Below, in pieces: positions 1 through 7,992 of a stretch of DNA of 32,000 nucleotides (positions are counted from its first letter, which is position 1; each line of letters opens with the position of its first letter). Origin of the DNA: Sedimentisphaera cyanobacteriorum. Its GTDB lineage: Bacteria > Planctomycetota > Phycisphaerae > Sedimentisphaerales > Sedimentisphaeraceae. The position numbers and the translations under genes were made by a program. The notes beneath the pieces were generated by a model that saw nothing but the letters and a program-made list of their open reading frames with translations, was not told the origin of the DNA and ran no database searches. The stretch spans positions 180,001 to 212,000 of the forward strand of contig NZ_CP019633.1 in the NCBI RefSeq assembly GCF_001997385.1. Direction: 5' to 3'.

Positions 1-1
1 T

Positions 2-859
2 GCTGGACTTGTAGTGAAGGCCAGCGGCCTTGCAAAGGGCAAGGGAGTTTACGTTTGCGATGAGCCCTCTGAGGCTATAAACGCTGCTGAAGAGATTATG
101 GAGAATAAGATTTTCGGCGATGCGGGCAGCAAGATTGTAGTAGAGGAAAAGCTCTCCGGCCCCGAGGTTTCTATTCTTGCGCTCGTTGACGGAAGGAATA
201 TCTACGTTTTGGAAACCAGCCAAGACCATAAGCCGATAGGCGAAGGCGATACCGGCCCGAATACCGGAGGTATGGGGGCATACAGCCCGGCGGATATCGT
301 TGATGAAAAGCTTATGGACAGAATCATAGGCGAGATCCTTGTGCCTACGGTGAACGGAATGAATATGGCAGGCGCTCCTTTCAGGGGCGTTTTATATGCA
401 GGGCTTATGCTCACGAAGGTTGGGCCGAAAGTGCTGGAGTATAACGTGCGTATGGGAGACCCCGAAACCCAGCCGATCCTAATGAGGCTCAAAACTGATC
501 TTCTCGAGGTGATGCTTGCTGTTTGCGAGGGAAGGCTGGAAGATGTGAATCTCCAATGGGATAAGAGGCCGGCTGTGTGCGTGGTGATATCTTCAGGTGG
601 ATACCCGGGAGAATACGAAAAGGGAAAAAAGATTACTGGCATCAGCAGGGCAGAGGCGATGGAGGATGTGAAAGTTTTCCAGGCGGGAACGAAAATTCAG
701 GACGGAGAGCTCCTTACTGCGGGCGGAAGAGTGCTCGGTGTTACAGCTCTTGGCGAGAATATCGAAGCCGCAAGAGAAAAGGCATACGCCGCCGCTGGAC
801 AGATCGATTTTGAAGGCGCTTATTTCCGCACCGACATCGCAATGAAAGCCTTGAAATAG
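2..859 (+). CDS. purD: Phosphoribosylamine--glycine ligase (GAR synthetase), C-terminal ~285 aa; the 5' end lies upstream of the window
   Basis: Frame 2 is open from base 2, and the GTG at 14 is only the first start-like codon. The translation carries PurD ATP-grasp/C-domain motifs: GLVVKASGLAKGKGV, GPNTGGMGAYSP, VLEYNVRMGDPETQ and GGRVLGVTALG. Confidence 0.92.
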   Translation, partial: AGLVVKASGLAKGKGVYVCDEPSEAINAAEEIMENKIFGDAGSKIVVEEKLSGPEVSILALVDGRNIYVLETSQDHKPIGEGDTGPNTGGMGAYSPADIVDEKLMDRIIGEILVPTVNGMNMAGAPFRGVLYAGLMLTKVGPKVLEYNVRMGDPETQPILMRLKTDLLEVMLAVCEGRLEDVNLQWDKRPAVCVVISSGGYPGEYEKGKKITGISRAEAMEDVKVFQAGTKIQDGELLTAGGRVLGVTALGENIEAAREKAYAAAGQIDFEGAYFRTDIAMKALK

Positions 860-891
860 CTGCGGAGTTTACTTTACTTCTGGAATTTTTT

Positions 892-1665
892 GTGAATTTG
901 TATTTTGATCAAACTAAGGCAGAAGGCTATAGAAGCAAATCTCAGGTTGCTCGAGTTTTAACGGAACATTGGGCAAAGAAAAACTGCTACTGCCCAAGCT
1001 GCGGAAATTTGGCTCTTAATTCATTCCCTAACAACCAACCTGTGGCTGATTTGTACTGCAAGCGTTGCAGTGAACAATTTGAACTCAAAAGCAGGAGCGG
1101 GGAAAGAGTTGGCAAAAAAGCACCAGACAGCGCATATAAAAAAATGATCGAAAGGATTGTGTCTAGCGAAAACCCTAACTTCTTTTTTCTAACCTATGAT
1201 AAAACTGAGTGGATGGTCAGCAATTTTCTTGTTATACCAAATTTCTATTTCACTCCAGATATTATAGAAAAGAGAAAGCCATTGGCGAAAAACGCGAAGA
1301 GAAGTGGATGGGTCGGCTGCGATATACTGCTTAACAAAATTCCAGAAAGCGGCAAGGTTTATATTGTTAGAAATAAAGAAATACAGCCAAAAGCAGAGGT
1401 GCTTAGAGAATGGAACAAGACCAGCTTTTTGGAAAACAGCAAATTAGATCAGCGTGAATGGCTGATAGATGTACTCAAAATCGTTGAACAGATTCAAAGC
1501 GAGTATTTCACTTTGGCTCAGATTTACAGTTTTGAAAGATCCTTGAGCAGTAAGTATCCGAATAACAATAACGTTAGGGCAAAAATACGGCAGAAGCTTC
1601 AGGTGCTGCGGGATAAAGGCGTTATAGAATTTGTAAGACGCGGGGTTTATCGTAAGCTGAGTTAA
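892..1665 (+). CDS. DpnI-family type IIM (methyl-directed, GmATC-type) restriction endonuclease: PD-(D/E)XK catalytic domain plus C-terminal winged helix
   Basis: GTG start, 257 aa. The protein is collinear with S. pneumoniae DpnI as I remember it. Shared blocks are CYCPSCG...PVADLYCKRCSEQFELKS (Cys4 site plus D/E/K catalytic residues), NPNFFFLTY, NFLVIP, RKPLAKNAKRSGWVGCDILL and the C-terminal IRQKLQVLRDKGVIEF..G.YRKL. One sampled 60-mer is about 37% GC, against about 52-63% in the flanking genes. Confidence 0.85.
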   Translation: MNLYFDQTKAEGYRSKSQVARVLTEHWAKKNCYCPSCGNLALNSFPNNQPVADLYCKRCSEQFELKSRSGERVGKKAPDSAYKKMIERIVSSENPNFFFLTYDKTEWMVSNFLVIPNFYFTPDIIEKRKPLAKNAKRSGWVGCDILLNKIPESGKVYIVRNKEIQPKAEVLREWNKTSFLENSKLDQREWLIDVLKIVEQIQSEYFTLAQIYSFERSLSSKYPNNNNVRAKIRQKLQVLRDKGVIEFVRRGVYRKLS

Positions 1666-1683
1666 TTCCTTGGGAGAATATGG

Positions 1684-2676
1684 ATGTCGGAAAATATTGA
1701 TATATCTGTAATAGTGCCTGTGTTTAATGAGCGGGATAACATACAGCCCCTTCATGAACAGATAGCTTCAGCCATGAAAACCGGCGGCGTTGACTACAGC
1801 TATGAGATAATATTCGTCAACGACGGCAGCTGGGACGGGACAGCGGAAGTTCTTGGAGGAATATTCAGCAATGATTCAAATGTAACGGTGGTCAATTTTC
1901 GGCGTAATTTCGGCCAGACAGCTGCGATGCAGGCAGGCTTTGAACGTGCCCGGGGGGAAGTGATAATCCCCATGGACGGCGACCTCCAGAACGACCCTGC
2001 AGACATCCCCGCCCTTATGGCAAAGCTGGATGAAGGCTACGATATCGTAAGCGGCTGGCGAAAATCCCGCAAAGACAGGGCATTCACCCGCCGGCTCCCA
2101 TCAATGCTCGCCAATTTCATAATCCGCAGGATAACAAACGTTGGCATTCACGACTTCGGCTGCACAATGAAGGCATACCGCAGGGAGGTGATAAGCCAAA
2201 CCAAGCTCTACGGCGAAACTCACCGCTTCATTCCCGCTGTTGCTCAGTGGCTCGGGGCAAAGGTAGGCGAGATCGAGGTAAACCACCGCCCGCGTAAAGC
2301 CGGCAAAACGAAATACAACCTATCACGTACGTATAAGGTAGTGCTGGATCTGATAACTGTTTCGTTTATGAACAGCTATTCAACAAAGCCGCTCTACGTA
2401 TTCGGCAGGTTCAGCATATACAGCGGACTGGCAGCAGGCTTTTCGTTTGTTGTTATGATATACCAGAAAATAGCAAACGGATACTCCATCAACAGAAACC
2501 CGCTTCTAATCCTCGGCACAATCCTAACGATTGCTGCTCTCCAGCTTATAATGATGGGTCTGCTTGCTGAGCTTATGGTTCGAACATATCACGAATCGCA
2601 AAACCGCCCGACCTACGCTGTGAGGAGCGTGCTTTCCCATAGAGAAAATCAGTCTGAATCGAAGCTGGAGCAGTAG
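1684..2676 (+). CDS. Family 2 glycosyltransferase, polyprenyl-phosphate sugar transferase type (GtrB/ArnC/DPM1-like) with two C-terminal TM helices
   Basis: Contains ISVIVPVFNERDNI, FVNDGSWDGT and IPMDGDLQNDP (DxD region), followed by hydrophobic C-terminal segments. A GGGAGA Shine-Dalgarno sequence lies upstream of the ATG. Confidence 0.85.
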   Translation: MSENIDISVIVPVFNERDNIQPLHEQIASAMKTGGVDYSYEIIFVNDGSWDGTAEVLGGIFSNDSNVTVVNFRRNFGQTAAMQAGFERARGEVIIPMDGDLQNDPADIPALMAKLDEGYDIVSGWRKSRKDRAFTRRLPSMLANFIIRRITNVGIHDFGCTMKAYRREVISQTKLYGETHRFIPAVAQWLGAKVGEIEVNHRPRKAGKTKYNLSRTYKVVLDLITVSFMNSYSTKPLYVFGRFSIYSGLAAGFSFVVMIYQKIANGYSINRNPLLILGTILTIAALQLIMMGLLAELMVRTYHESQNRPTYAVRSVLSHRENQSESKLEQ

Positions 2677-2706
2677 AGCAGGGGATTAAAGCCCACTCTG
2701 CTGCGT

Positions 2707-3717
2707 TTATTCGAAAACTCCCGGGATCTCTGCCCCGCAGAGCTCGCATTTTCCGTTAGACACTCCGTCCGGGTCTGCTGAGAAACCTGATCGGGAGATG
2801 ATAAGCCTTCCGCAGTTGTGGCAGTACGTATTTGCATCGAGCATTACATTCCCCGGATAAACATACTTCAGCCCTGCTTCTCGTGCGATATCGCAGGCCT
2901 CTTTTATTCTTTGAGGCGTTTGAGCGGGCGTATCTCTCATCTCTGCACAAGGGTAGAATGCCGACAGATGCAAAGGCACAAATTCAGACACCTCGCCCGC
3001 AATGAATTCTGCTGTAGAGCGTATTTCTTCATCTCTGTCGTTGAGTCCGGGTATCAGCAGGGTGGTCAGCTCTATCCATATTCCGAGTTTGTACGCAGTT
3101 TTGATGCTTTCCTTAACAGGGGCAAGAGCTGCCGAGCAGAAATCACGGTAGAATTCTTCAGTGTTTGCTTTCAGATCTATATTCGCTGCATCCAGCCATT
3201 CTGAGGCCTTCTCCCAAACCGCGGGCTTCATATAGCCGTTAGTTACGAAAACATTCTTCAGACCCTTCTCTTTTGCAGCAAGTGCAGTGTCTTCTGCAAG
3301 CTCGTAAAAAATTGTCGGCTCCGTGTATGTGTAAGAGATGCTTTTGCAGTTATGCTTCAGGGCAGCCTCTGCAATATCCTCAGGGCAAACTTTGCTTGTC
3401 CTCTCCAGCAGCTGCTGATTTATCTGGCTTATCTGCCAGTTTTGGCAGAATTTGCACCTGAAATTGCATCCGGGAGCGCAGATGGAAAAGCTTGAAGTGG
3501 AAGGGAGGAAGTGGTTCAGCGGTTTCTTTTCGATCTTATCTGAGTTTGCAGAGCAGAGGCAGTGGTAGTTAAGGGTTTTCAGTTCGCCCTGTTCATTCTG
3601 TCTTACCCCGCAAAAACCCGTTTCACCGGTCTTTATCACGCATTCCCTGCTGCACAGCTCGCATTTTACAGTGCTGCCAAGTTTTTTATGCCAGAAACGT
3701 GCCTTTTCATATTTCAT
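2707..3717 (-). CDS. amrS: AmmeMemoRadiSam-system-type radical SAM enzyme (PflA-like activase fold)
   Basis: Has an N-terminal Cys-rich segment (CELCSRECVIKTGETGFCGVR), then IEKKPLNHF, the radical SAM motif CNFRCKFCQNWQISQ, and a C-terminal CHNCG...CELCG zinc-ribbon pair. Confidence 0.8.
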   Translation of the reverse strand: MKYEKARFWHKKLGSTVKCELCSRECVIKTGETGFCGVRQNEQGELKTLNYHCLCSANSDKIEKKPLNHFLPSTSSFSICAPGCNFRCKFCQNWQISQINQQLLERTSKVCPEDIAEAALKHNCKSISYTYTEPTIFYELAEDTALAAKEKGLKNVFVTNGYMKPAVWEKASEWLDAANIDLKANTEEFYRDFCSAALAPVKESIKTAYKLGIWIELTTLLIPGLNDRDEEIRSTAEFIAGEVSEFVPLHLSAFYPCAEMRDTPAQTPQRIKEACDIAREAGLKYVYPGNVMLDANTYCHNCGRLIISRSGFSADPDGVSNGKCELCGAEIPGVFE

Positions 3718-3723
3718 ATCTGC

Positions 3724-4218
3724 CTACTCATCAATACCGAAATAATCTAACCACATATCCACCTCGCATGGGTCTATGCCTTTTCGTTTGGCTTCCGGCT
3801 CCTTTCTCTTGGGCGGTTTTCGGTTTATGTCCTCAACGAGGTCGAGCCAGAAATCATTGCTGAGCTTTATTACAGCCTTGCTTCGCTTTGCCGCATCGCG
3901 CACCCCCCTGTCATTAGAAACCACCGCAAGGCTTGATGGTGCCGAATCGTCTTCTATATCCTCCACGAGAAAATCGTCTGCTTCGTAATCCTCGCCGGAA
4001 AAGCAGACCTCAACATTGCTCAGGCTGTTATAGAAGCTTTTATCAATCGGGCCTGTACCGTCAAAATAAAGCACAGCCCGCTCATTTCGTTTTACTAGAT
4101 AGCTTTCCAAAGCCTTACACAGCAAATCTGCCGCATGGTGAACCTCAAAGCCGGCCAGCTGTTCCCCTGAGTTTTTCATCGCAAATACAAGATTGTGGCC
4201 GTCTATCAGATACCTCAA
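3724..4218 (-). CDS. YacP/Rae1-like NYN-domain protein (predicted ribonuclease) with a basic C-terminal tail
   Basis: Contains RYLIDGHNL at the N-terminus, VLYFDG, EADDFLVEDI and AVVSNDRGVRDAA, matching the NYN_YacP pattern. The start codon is 2 nt after the pyrC stop. Confidence 0.6.
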   Translation of the reverse strand: MRYLIDGHNLVFAMKNSGEQLAGFEVHHAADLLCKALESYLVKRNERAVLYFDGTGPIDKSFYNSLSNVEVCFSGEDYEADDFLVEDIEDDSAPSSLAVVSNDRGVRDAAKRSKAVIKLSNDFWLDLVEDINRKPPKRKEPEAKRKGIDPCEVDMWLDYFGIDE

Positions 4219-4220
4219 TA

Positions 4221-5534
4221 TCAGTCCCTCTCCGAGCTGTATCTCACTTCCCCGCCAACGATTGTATAGCAGACCTTTCCCTTCACGTCCCAGCCGTGGA
4301 AGGGGCAGTTTCTCGCTTTCGAAAAGAATTTATTCACATCAATCTGCCATTTCTCTTCGGGGTCGAATATTGTTATATCGCCCCATTTGCCCTTTGTAAA
4401 CGAGCCTTTTGTCTCGTCAATTCCGAGTATCTCGGCAGGCTTGCAAGTGAGCATTGCAACCAGCTCAGGCCAGTCAATTATTCCATCTTCTATGAGGGCC
4501 TTTCCAAACAGAGGCAGTGCGCTTTCAAGTCCGATAATCCCGAAAGGTGCATAAAGAAATTCCAGCTCTTTCTCGCTCTGTAGGTGAGGAGCATGGTCGG
4601 TTATAAGTGCATCAATTATGCCGTCTTTTACTGCCTCTTTCAAGGCCGCATTATCTTCATCCGTCCTCAGCGGAGGATTCATCTTGTAATTAGTATCGTA
4701 CTCCGCCACTGTTTGTTCATTCAGAAGAAGGTGGTGCGGGGTAACCTCGCAGGTAACCGGAATACCTTCCTGTTTGGCTTTTCTGATTATATCCACAGAG
4801 CCTTTGGTAGATATATGCTGGGCGTGGTATTTGGCTCGGATGGATTTATTGAGCTGGATATCACGCCAGAGCATAAGCTCTTCAGCCAGAGGGCTCATTC
4901 CGGGAAGCCCGAGCAGCATGGAATTGAAGCCTGCGTTTATAACGCCGTTCCCCGAAAGCGAACTGTCCTGACAGTGCTGGCTTACCACAAGCCCGAACAT
5001 ACTCGCATACTTCAGTGCCTTCCGCATTACCGAGGCATCCTGAACGCCTGTCCCGTCGTCTGTAAAGCCTGCGGCTCCGGCGCCCGCCATAAGCCCCATT
5101 TCAGAAAGCTCCACGCCTTTGCGGTCTTTTGTGAGAGCTCCCATAGCGTAAACGTGGGTTTTTCGAGTCTGACGTCCCATTCTGTGCACGAATTCTATGC
5201 TCGTTTCATCCTGAATAGTCGGGTCTGTATTCGGCATACAAACAACAGATGTATATCCGCCCGCCACAGCGGCATGAGATCCGCTTCTGATTGTCTCTTC
5301 CTCTTCGTCTCCCGGCTCGCGAAAATGCACATGCATATCTATAAACCCCGGGCAGACAATTTTTCCCGAAGCCTCAATCACCTTATCTTCCGGCATCTGC
5401 TTCTGTACCTTCCCGACATAGCAAATCCTGCCTTCCTCAATTAGAACATCGCATACCGAATCGATATTGTTCAGCGGATCGATGACCCTGCCGTTTTTTA
5501 TAAGTAGCTCGTTTGTGTTTATTTTATTGCCCAT
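4221..5534 (-). CDS. pyrC: Dihydroorotase
   Basis: Contains PGFIDMHVHFREPG (the HxH metal site), TDHAPH and the amidohydrolase fold. It sits directly downstream of pyrB. Confidence 0.92.
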   Translation of the reverse strand: MGNKINTNELLIKNGRVIDPLNNIDSVCDVLIEEGRICYVGKVQKQMPEDKVIEASGKIVCPGFIDMHVHFREPGDEEEETIRSGSHAAVAGGYTSVVCMPNTDPTIQDETSIEFVHRMGRQTRKTHVYAMGALTKDRKGVELSEMGLMAGAGAAGFTDDGTGVQDASVMRKALKYASMFGLVVSQHCQDSSLSGNGVINAGFNSMLLGLPGMSPLAEELMLWRDIQLNKSIRAKYHAQHISTKGSVDIIRKAKQEGIPVTCEVTPHHLLLNEQTVAEYDTNYKMNPPLRTDEDNAALKEAVKDGIIDALITDHAPHLQSEKELEFLYAPFGIIGLESALPLFGKALIEDGIIDWPELVAMLTCKPAEILGIDETKGSFTKGKWGDITIFDPEEKWQIDVNKFFSKARNCPFHGWDVKGKVCYTIVGGEVRYSSERD

Positions 5535-5567
5535 AAATATCCCAGCTGAAGCAAGTTTAGCTTTTGT

Positions 5568-6506
5568 TTATTCCGGTGCTCTGCTTACAAGGAACAAAAC
5601 TGCCATACGCACGGCAATTCCGTTTGTAACCTGTCTGAGGATAAGGCTGTTTGCCCCGTCTGCCACAGAGCTTTCTATCTCCATCCCGCGGTTCATCGGG
5701 CCGGGGTGTATTACAGCGATATTATCCTTTGCTCTTTTCATCCGCTGTTCAGTGAGGCCGAAGAGCCTAGTGTATTCTCGTTTGGAAGGGAAGGGGTTGC
5801 TTGAGAGCCTTTCAAACTGAACCCTCAGCATATTAACCACATCCAGCGATTCGATTACATCATCAAAATTGTTCGAAACCTTTACCGGCAGATCGCCTAC
5901 CGGAGGCATAAGCGTAGGCGGGCCTATCAGCGTTACCTCCGCCCCGAGCTTTGTCATCGCATAGACATTGCTCCTGGCCACTCTCGAATTGGCAATATCG
6001 CCCACAATCCCGATTTTAAGCCCGTCGAGGCTGCCGAATTTTTCCCTTATAGTGTACACATCCAGCAGGGCCTGAGTAGGGTGTTCGTGGAAGCCGTCTC
6101 CCGCGTTTACTACGCAGGCATTGATGCTTCTGCTCAAAAGCTTTGGCGTGCCTCCTGCATTATGCCTTATCACAACTAAGTCAACTCCCATTGCCTCAAG
6201 ATTCCTCGCTGTATCCAAAAGAGTTTCGCCCTTGCTCAGAGCGCTTGATTTTTTGGTAAACTCTATCACATCTGCGCCGAGCCTTCTTGAGGCGAGAGTG
6301 AAGCTGTTTCTTGTTCGTGTACTGTCTTCAAAGAACATATTTACAACTACCTTGCCTCTGAGCACAGGCGTCTTTTTTATGCTCCTTTTATTCACCTCTG
6401 CAAATGAATTTGCAGTATCCAGAATGAGCTCTATTTCCTCTCTGCTCAATTCACGCAGACCGAGAAGGTGCTTCCTTGTCCACTCGATTTTTCTTTCTGC
6501 CATCAA
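5568..6506 (-). CDS. pyrB: Aspartate carbamoyltransferase catalytic subunit
   Basis: Contains FFEDSTRTRNSF (carbamoyl-phosphate site), HEHPTQALLD and HPGPMNRG. Confidence 0.95.
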   Translation of the reverse strand: MMAERKIEWTRKHLLGLRELSREEIELILDTANSFAEVNKRSIKKTPVLRGKVVVNMFFEDSTRTRNSFTLASRRLGADVIEFTKKSSALSKGETLLDTARNLEAMGVDLVVIRHNAGGTPKLLSRSINACVVNAGDGFHEHPTQALLDVYTIREKFGSLDGLKIGIVGDIANSRVARSNVYAMTKLGAEVTLIGPPTLMPPVGDLPVKVSNNFDDVIESLDVVNMLRVQFERLSSNPFPSKREYTRLFGLTEQRMKRAKDNIAVIHPGPMNRGMEIESSVADGANSLILRQVTNGIAVRMAVLFLVSRAPE

Positions 6507-6537
6507 ACCGCTCCGGTATTTTACTCTATCTCGGTAA

Positions 6538-7074
6538 TTATTTACTGTCTATGAATATGCCGTCTTCGCCTTCAGCTTCCCTGAATTTTACATTTAGAAG
6601 CTCATCTTCTGCGAGGTTTTCGAAATAATCGCCAACAAAATCCGCCTGAATTGGGAATTCTCTCCCGCCTCTGTCCAGCAAAACAGCGAGCATAATTTTT
6701 GCAGGCCTGCCGAATTCCACTACAGCATCCATTGCAGCCCTGCACGAACGCCCTGTATGAAGCACGTCATCTGCAAGTATTATTATTCTGTGATTGATAT
6801 CAAAGTTTATTTCTGTTACCCCAACCACAGGAACTGCTTCAGGACCTCGGATGGTGATATCATCCCTGTAGAAAGTTATATCGATAGAGCCAAATTCTAC
6901 ATCCCCGTCCAGCTTTTTATTCAACGAATCCGCCAGGCGTCTTGCAACGATTACGCCTTTATTCCTAATTCCGAGGATTCCGATTTTGGTTTTATCAAAA
7001 CCTCGGCTTTTGATCTGCTCGGACATATTTTCAATAGCAGAATCAATTTTTTCTCCGCCGTAAATTTTTTTCAT
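6538..7074 (-). CDS. pyrR: PyrR: pyrimidine operon regulatory protein / uracil phosphoribosyltransferase
   Basis: Has the PRTase PRPP loop IILADDVLHTGRSCRAAMDAV. It is 178 aa and lies immediately upstream of pyrB-pyrC. Confidence 0.88.
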   Translation of the reverse strand: MKKIYGGEKIDSAIENMSEQIKSRGFDKTKIGILGIRNKGVIVARRLADSLNKKLDGDVEFGSIDITFYRDDITIRGPEAVPVVGVTEINFDINHRIIILADDVLHTGRSCRAAMDAVVEFGRPAKIMLAVLLDRGGREFPIQADFVGDYFENLAEDELLNVKFREAEGEDGIFIDSK

Positions 7075-7097
7075 ATTTAAAACTTTCTTAAAGATAT

Positions 7098-7865
7098 TCA
7101 GCGGTTTTGAACCTGTTTTAAACTGTTTGAAGTGTCTTCATCTTTATTCTCGTCATTCTCGTGTCCTTCAGGCTGAGAATCTTCTTCCAGCAGTCTTAGA
7201 TTATCAAGGGCATTGTGAGCTGCTTTTTGTTCTGCCTCCTTTTTGTTCATCCCCCAGCCCTTCCCGAGGCTCTTTTTATCCCAGAGAGCTTCTGCCTGAA
7301 AACACTTGTGGTGCTCGGGGCCTTGTTCATCAACTATTTCATAAACAGGCGCTTCGCCGTGTTTTTTCTGGAAGTACTGCTGGAGCAGAGATTTGTAATT
7401 TCCCTGATGCTGGCTTTCTGCCGCCTCGATTATATGCGGCTTGAAAAGCCTTAAAACCAGCTCTTCTGTTTGTTCAAGGCCGCTGTCTAAATAAACAGCC
7501 GCTATCAGAGCTTCCAGCACACCTGCGGCTATCGAGCCGCTTAACGACCCGAATTTCTCAGCTCCTTTGCCAACCTTTATATACTCATTAAGCTTGAGAG
7601 GCTGAGATATCTTCGAGCATACCTTCCGCGAAACTACCAAACCCTTAATTTTTGTAAGCTCGCCTTCGCTGTAATCAGGATATGAATTGTATATAAATTC
7701 GCATATAATCAAATCTAAAACGGCATCACCGAAAAATTCGAGCCGTTCATTGCTCAAAGACCTTTCTGAAACACTTGAAGTGTGGGTGAGGGCCTTCTCG
7801 AGAAGACTCTCATCTTTGAACTGATAGCCTATTGCCTCCTGCAGAGCTGAACTGTCGCCGGCCAT
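7098..7865 (-). CDS. rnc: Ribonuclease III with an acidic C-terminal tail of about 40 aa
   Basis: Contains the RNase III signature NERLEFFGDAVLD and a C-terminal dsRBD (GPEHHKCF...GWGMNKKEAEQKAAHNAL). Confidence 0.93.
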   Translation of the reverse strand: MAGDSSALQEAIGYQFKDESLLEKALTHTSSVSERSLSNERLEFFGDAVLDLIICEFIYNSYPDYSEGELTKIKGLVVSRKVCSKISQPLKLNEYIKVGKGAEKFGSLSGSIAAGVLEALIAAVYLDSGLEQTEELVLRLFKPHIIEAAESQHQGNYKSLLQQYFQKKHGEAPVYEIVDEQGPEHHKCFQAEALWDKKSLGKGWGMNKKEAEQKAAHNALDNLRLLEEDSQPEGHENDENKDEDTSNSLKQVQNR

Positions 7866-7992
7866 AATTAATTCTTAAAATCCGAATAATCTTAAAACTT
7901 TTTTGTTAAAATGATTTCTGAAATATAAGACTAACACTTTTTGAAAAAATATCAAAAACCATTTACTCCAAATATTTAGTTTTCTTGCTGTA

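Noticed and set aside
2677-2702. An imperfect hairpin (AGCAGGGG...CCC-act-CTGCT) between the convergent GT2 and radical SAM genes.
   Set aside because: The stem is short and bulged with no clear U-tract on either strand. The evidence is insufficient for a bidirectional terminator call.
3933-5444. Long plus-strand ORFs (216 aa and 286 aa) opposite the NYN gene and pyrC.
   Set aside because: They are antisense to genes with unmistakable dihydroorotase and NYN motifs. Their translations are Cys/Arg/Ser-rich with no recognisable motifs, which is typical of shadow ORFs in moderately GC-rich coding DNA.
7281-7289. CCAGAGAGC, resembling the PyrR-binding loop core.
   Set aside because: It is on the plus strand inside rnc, while the pyr genes are transcribed from the minus strand. 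It therefore cannot be part of the pyr mRNA.
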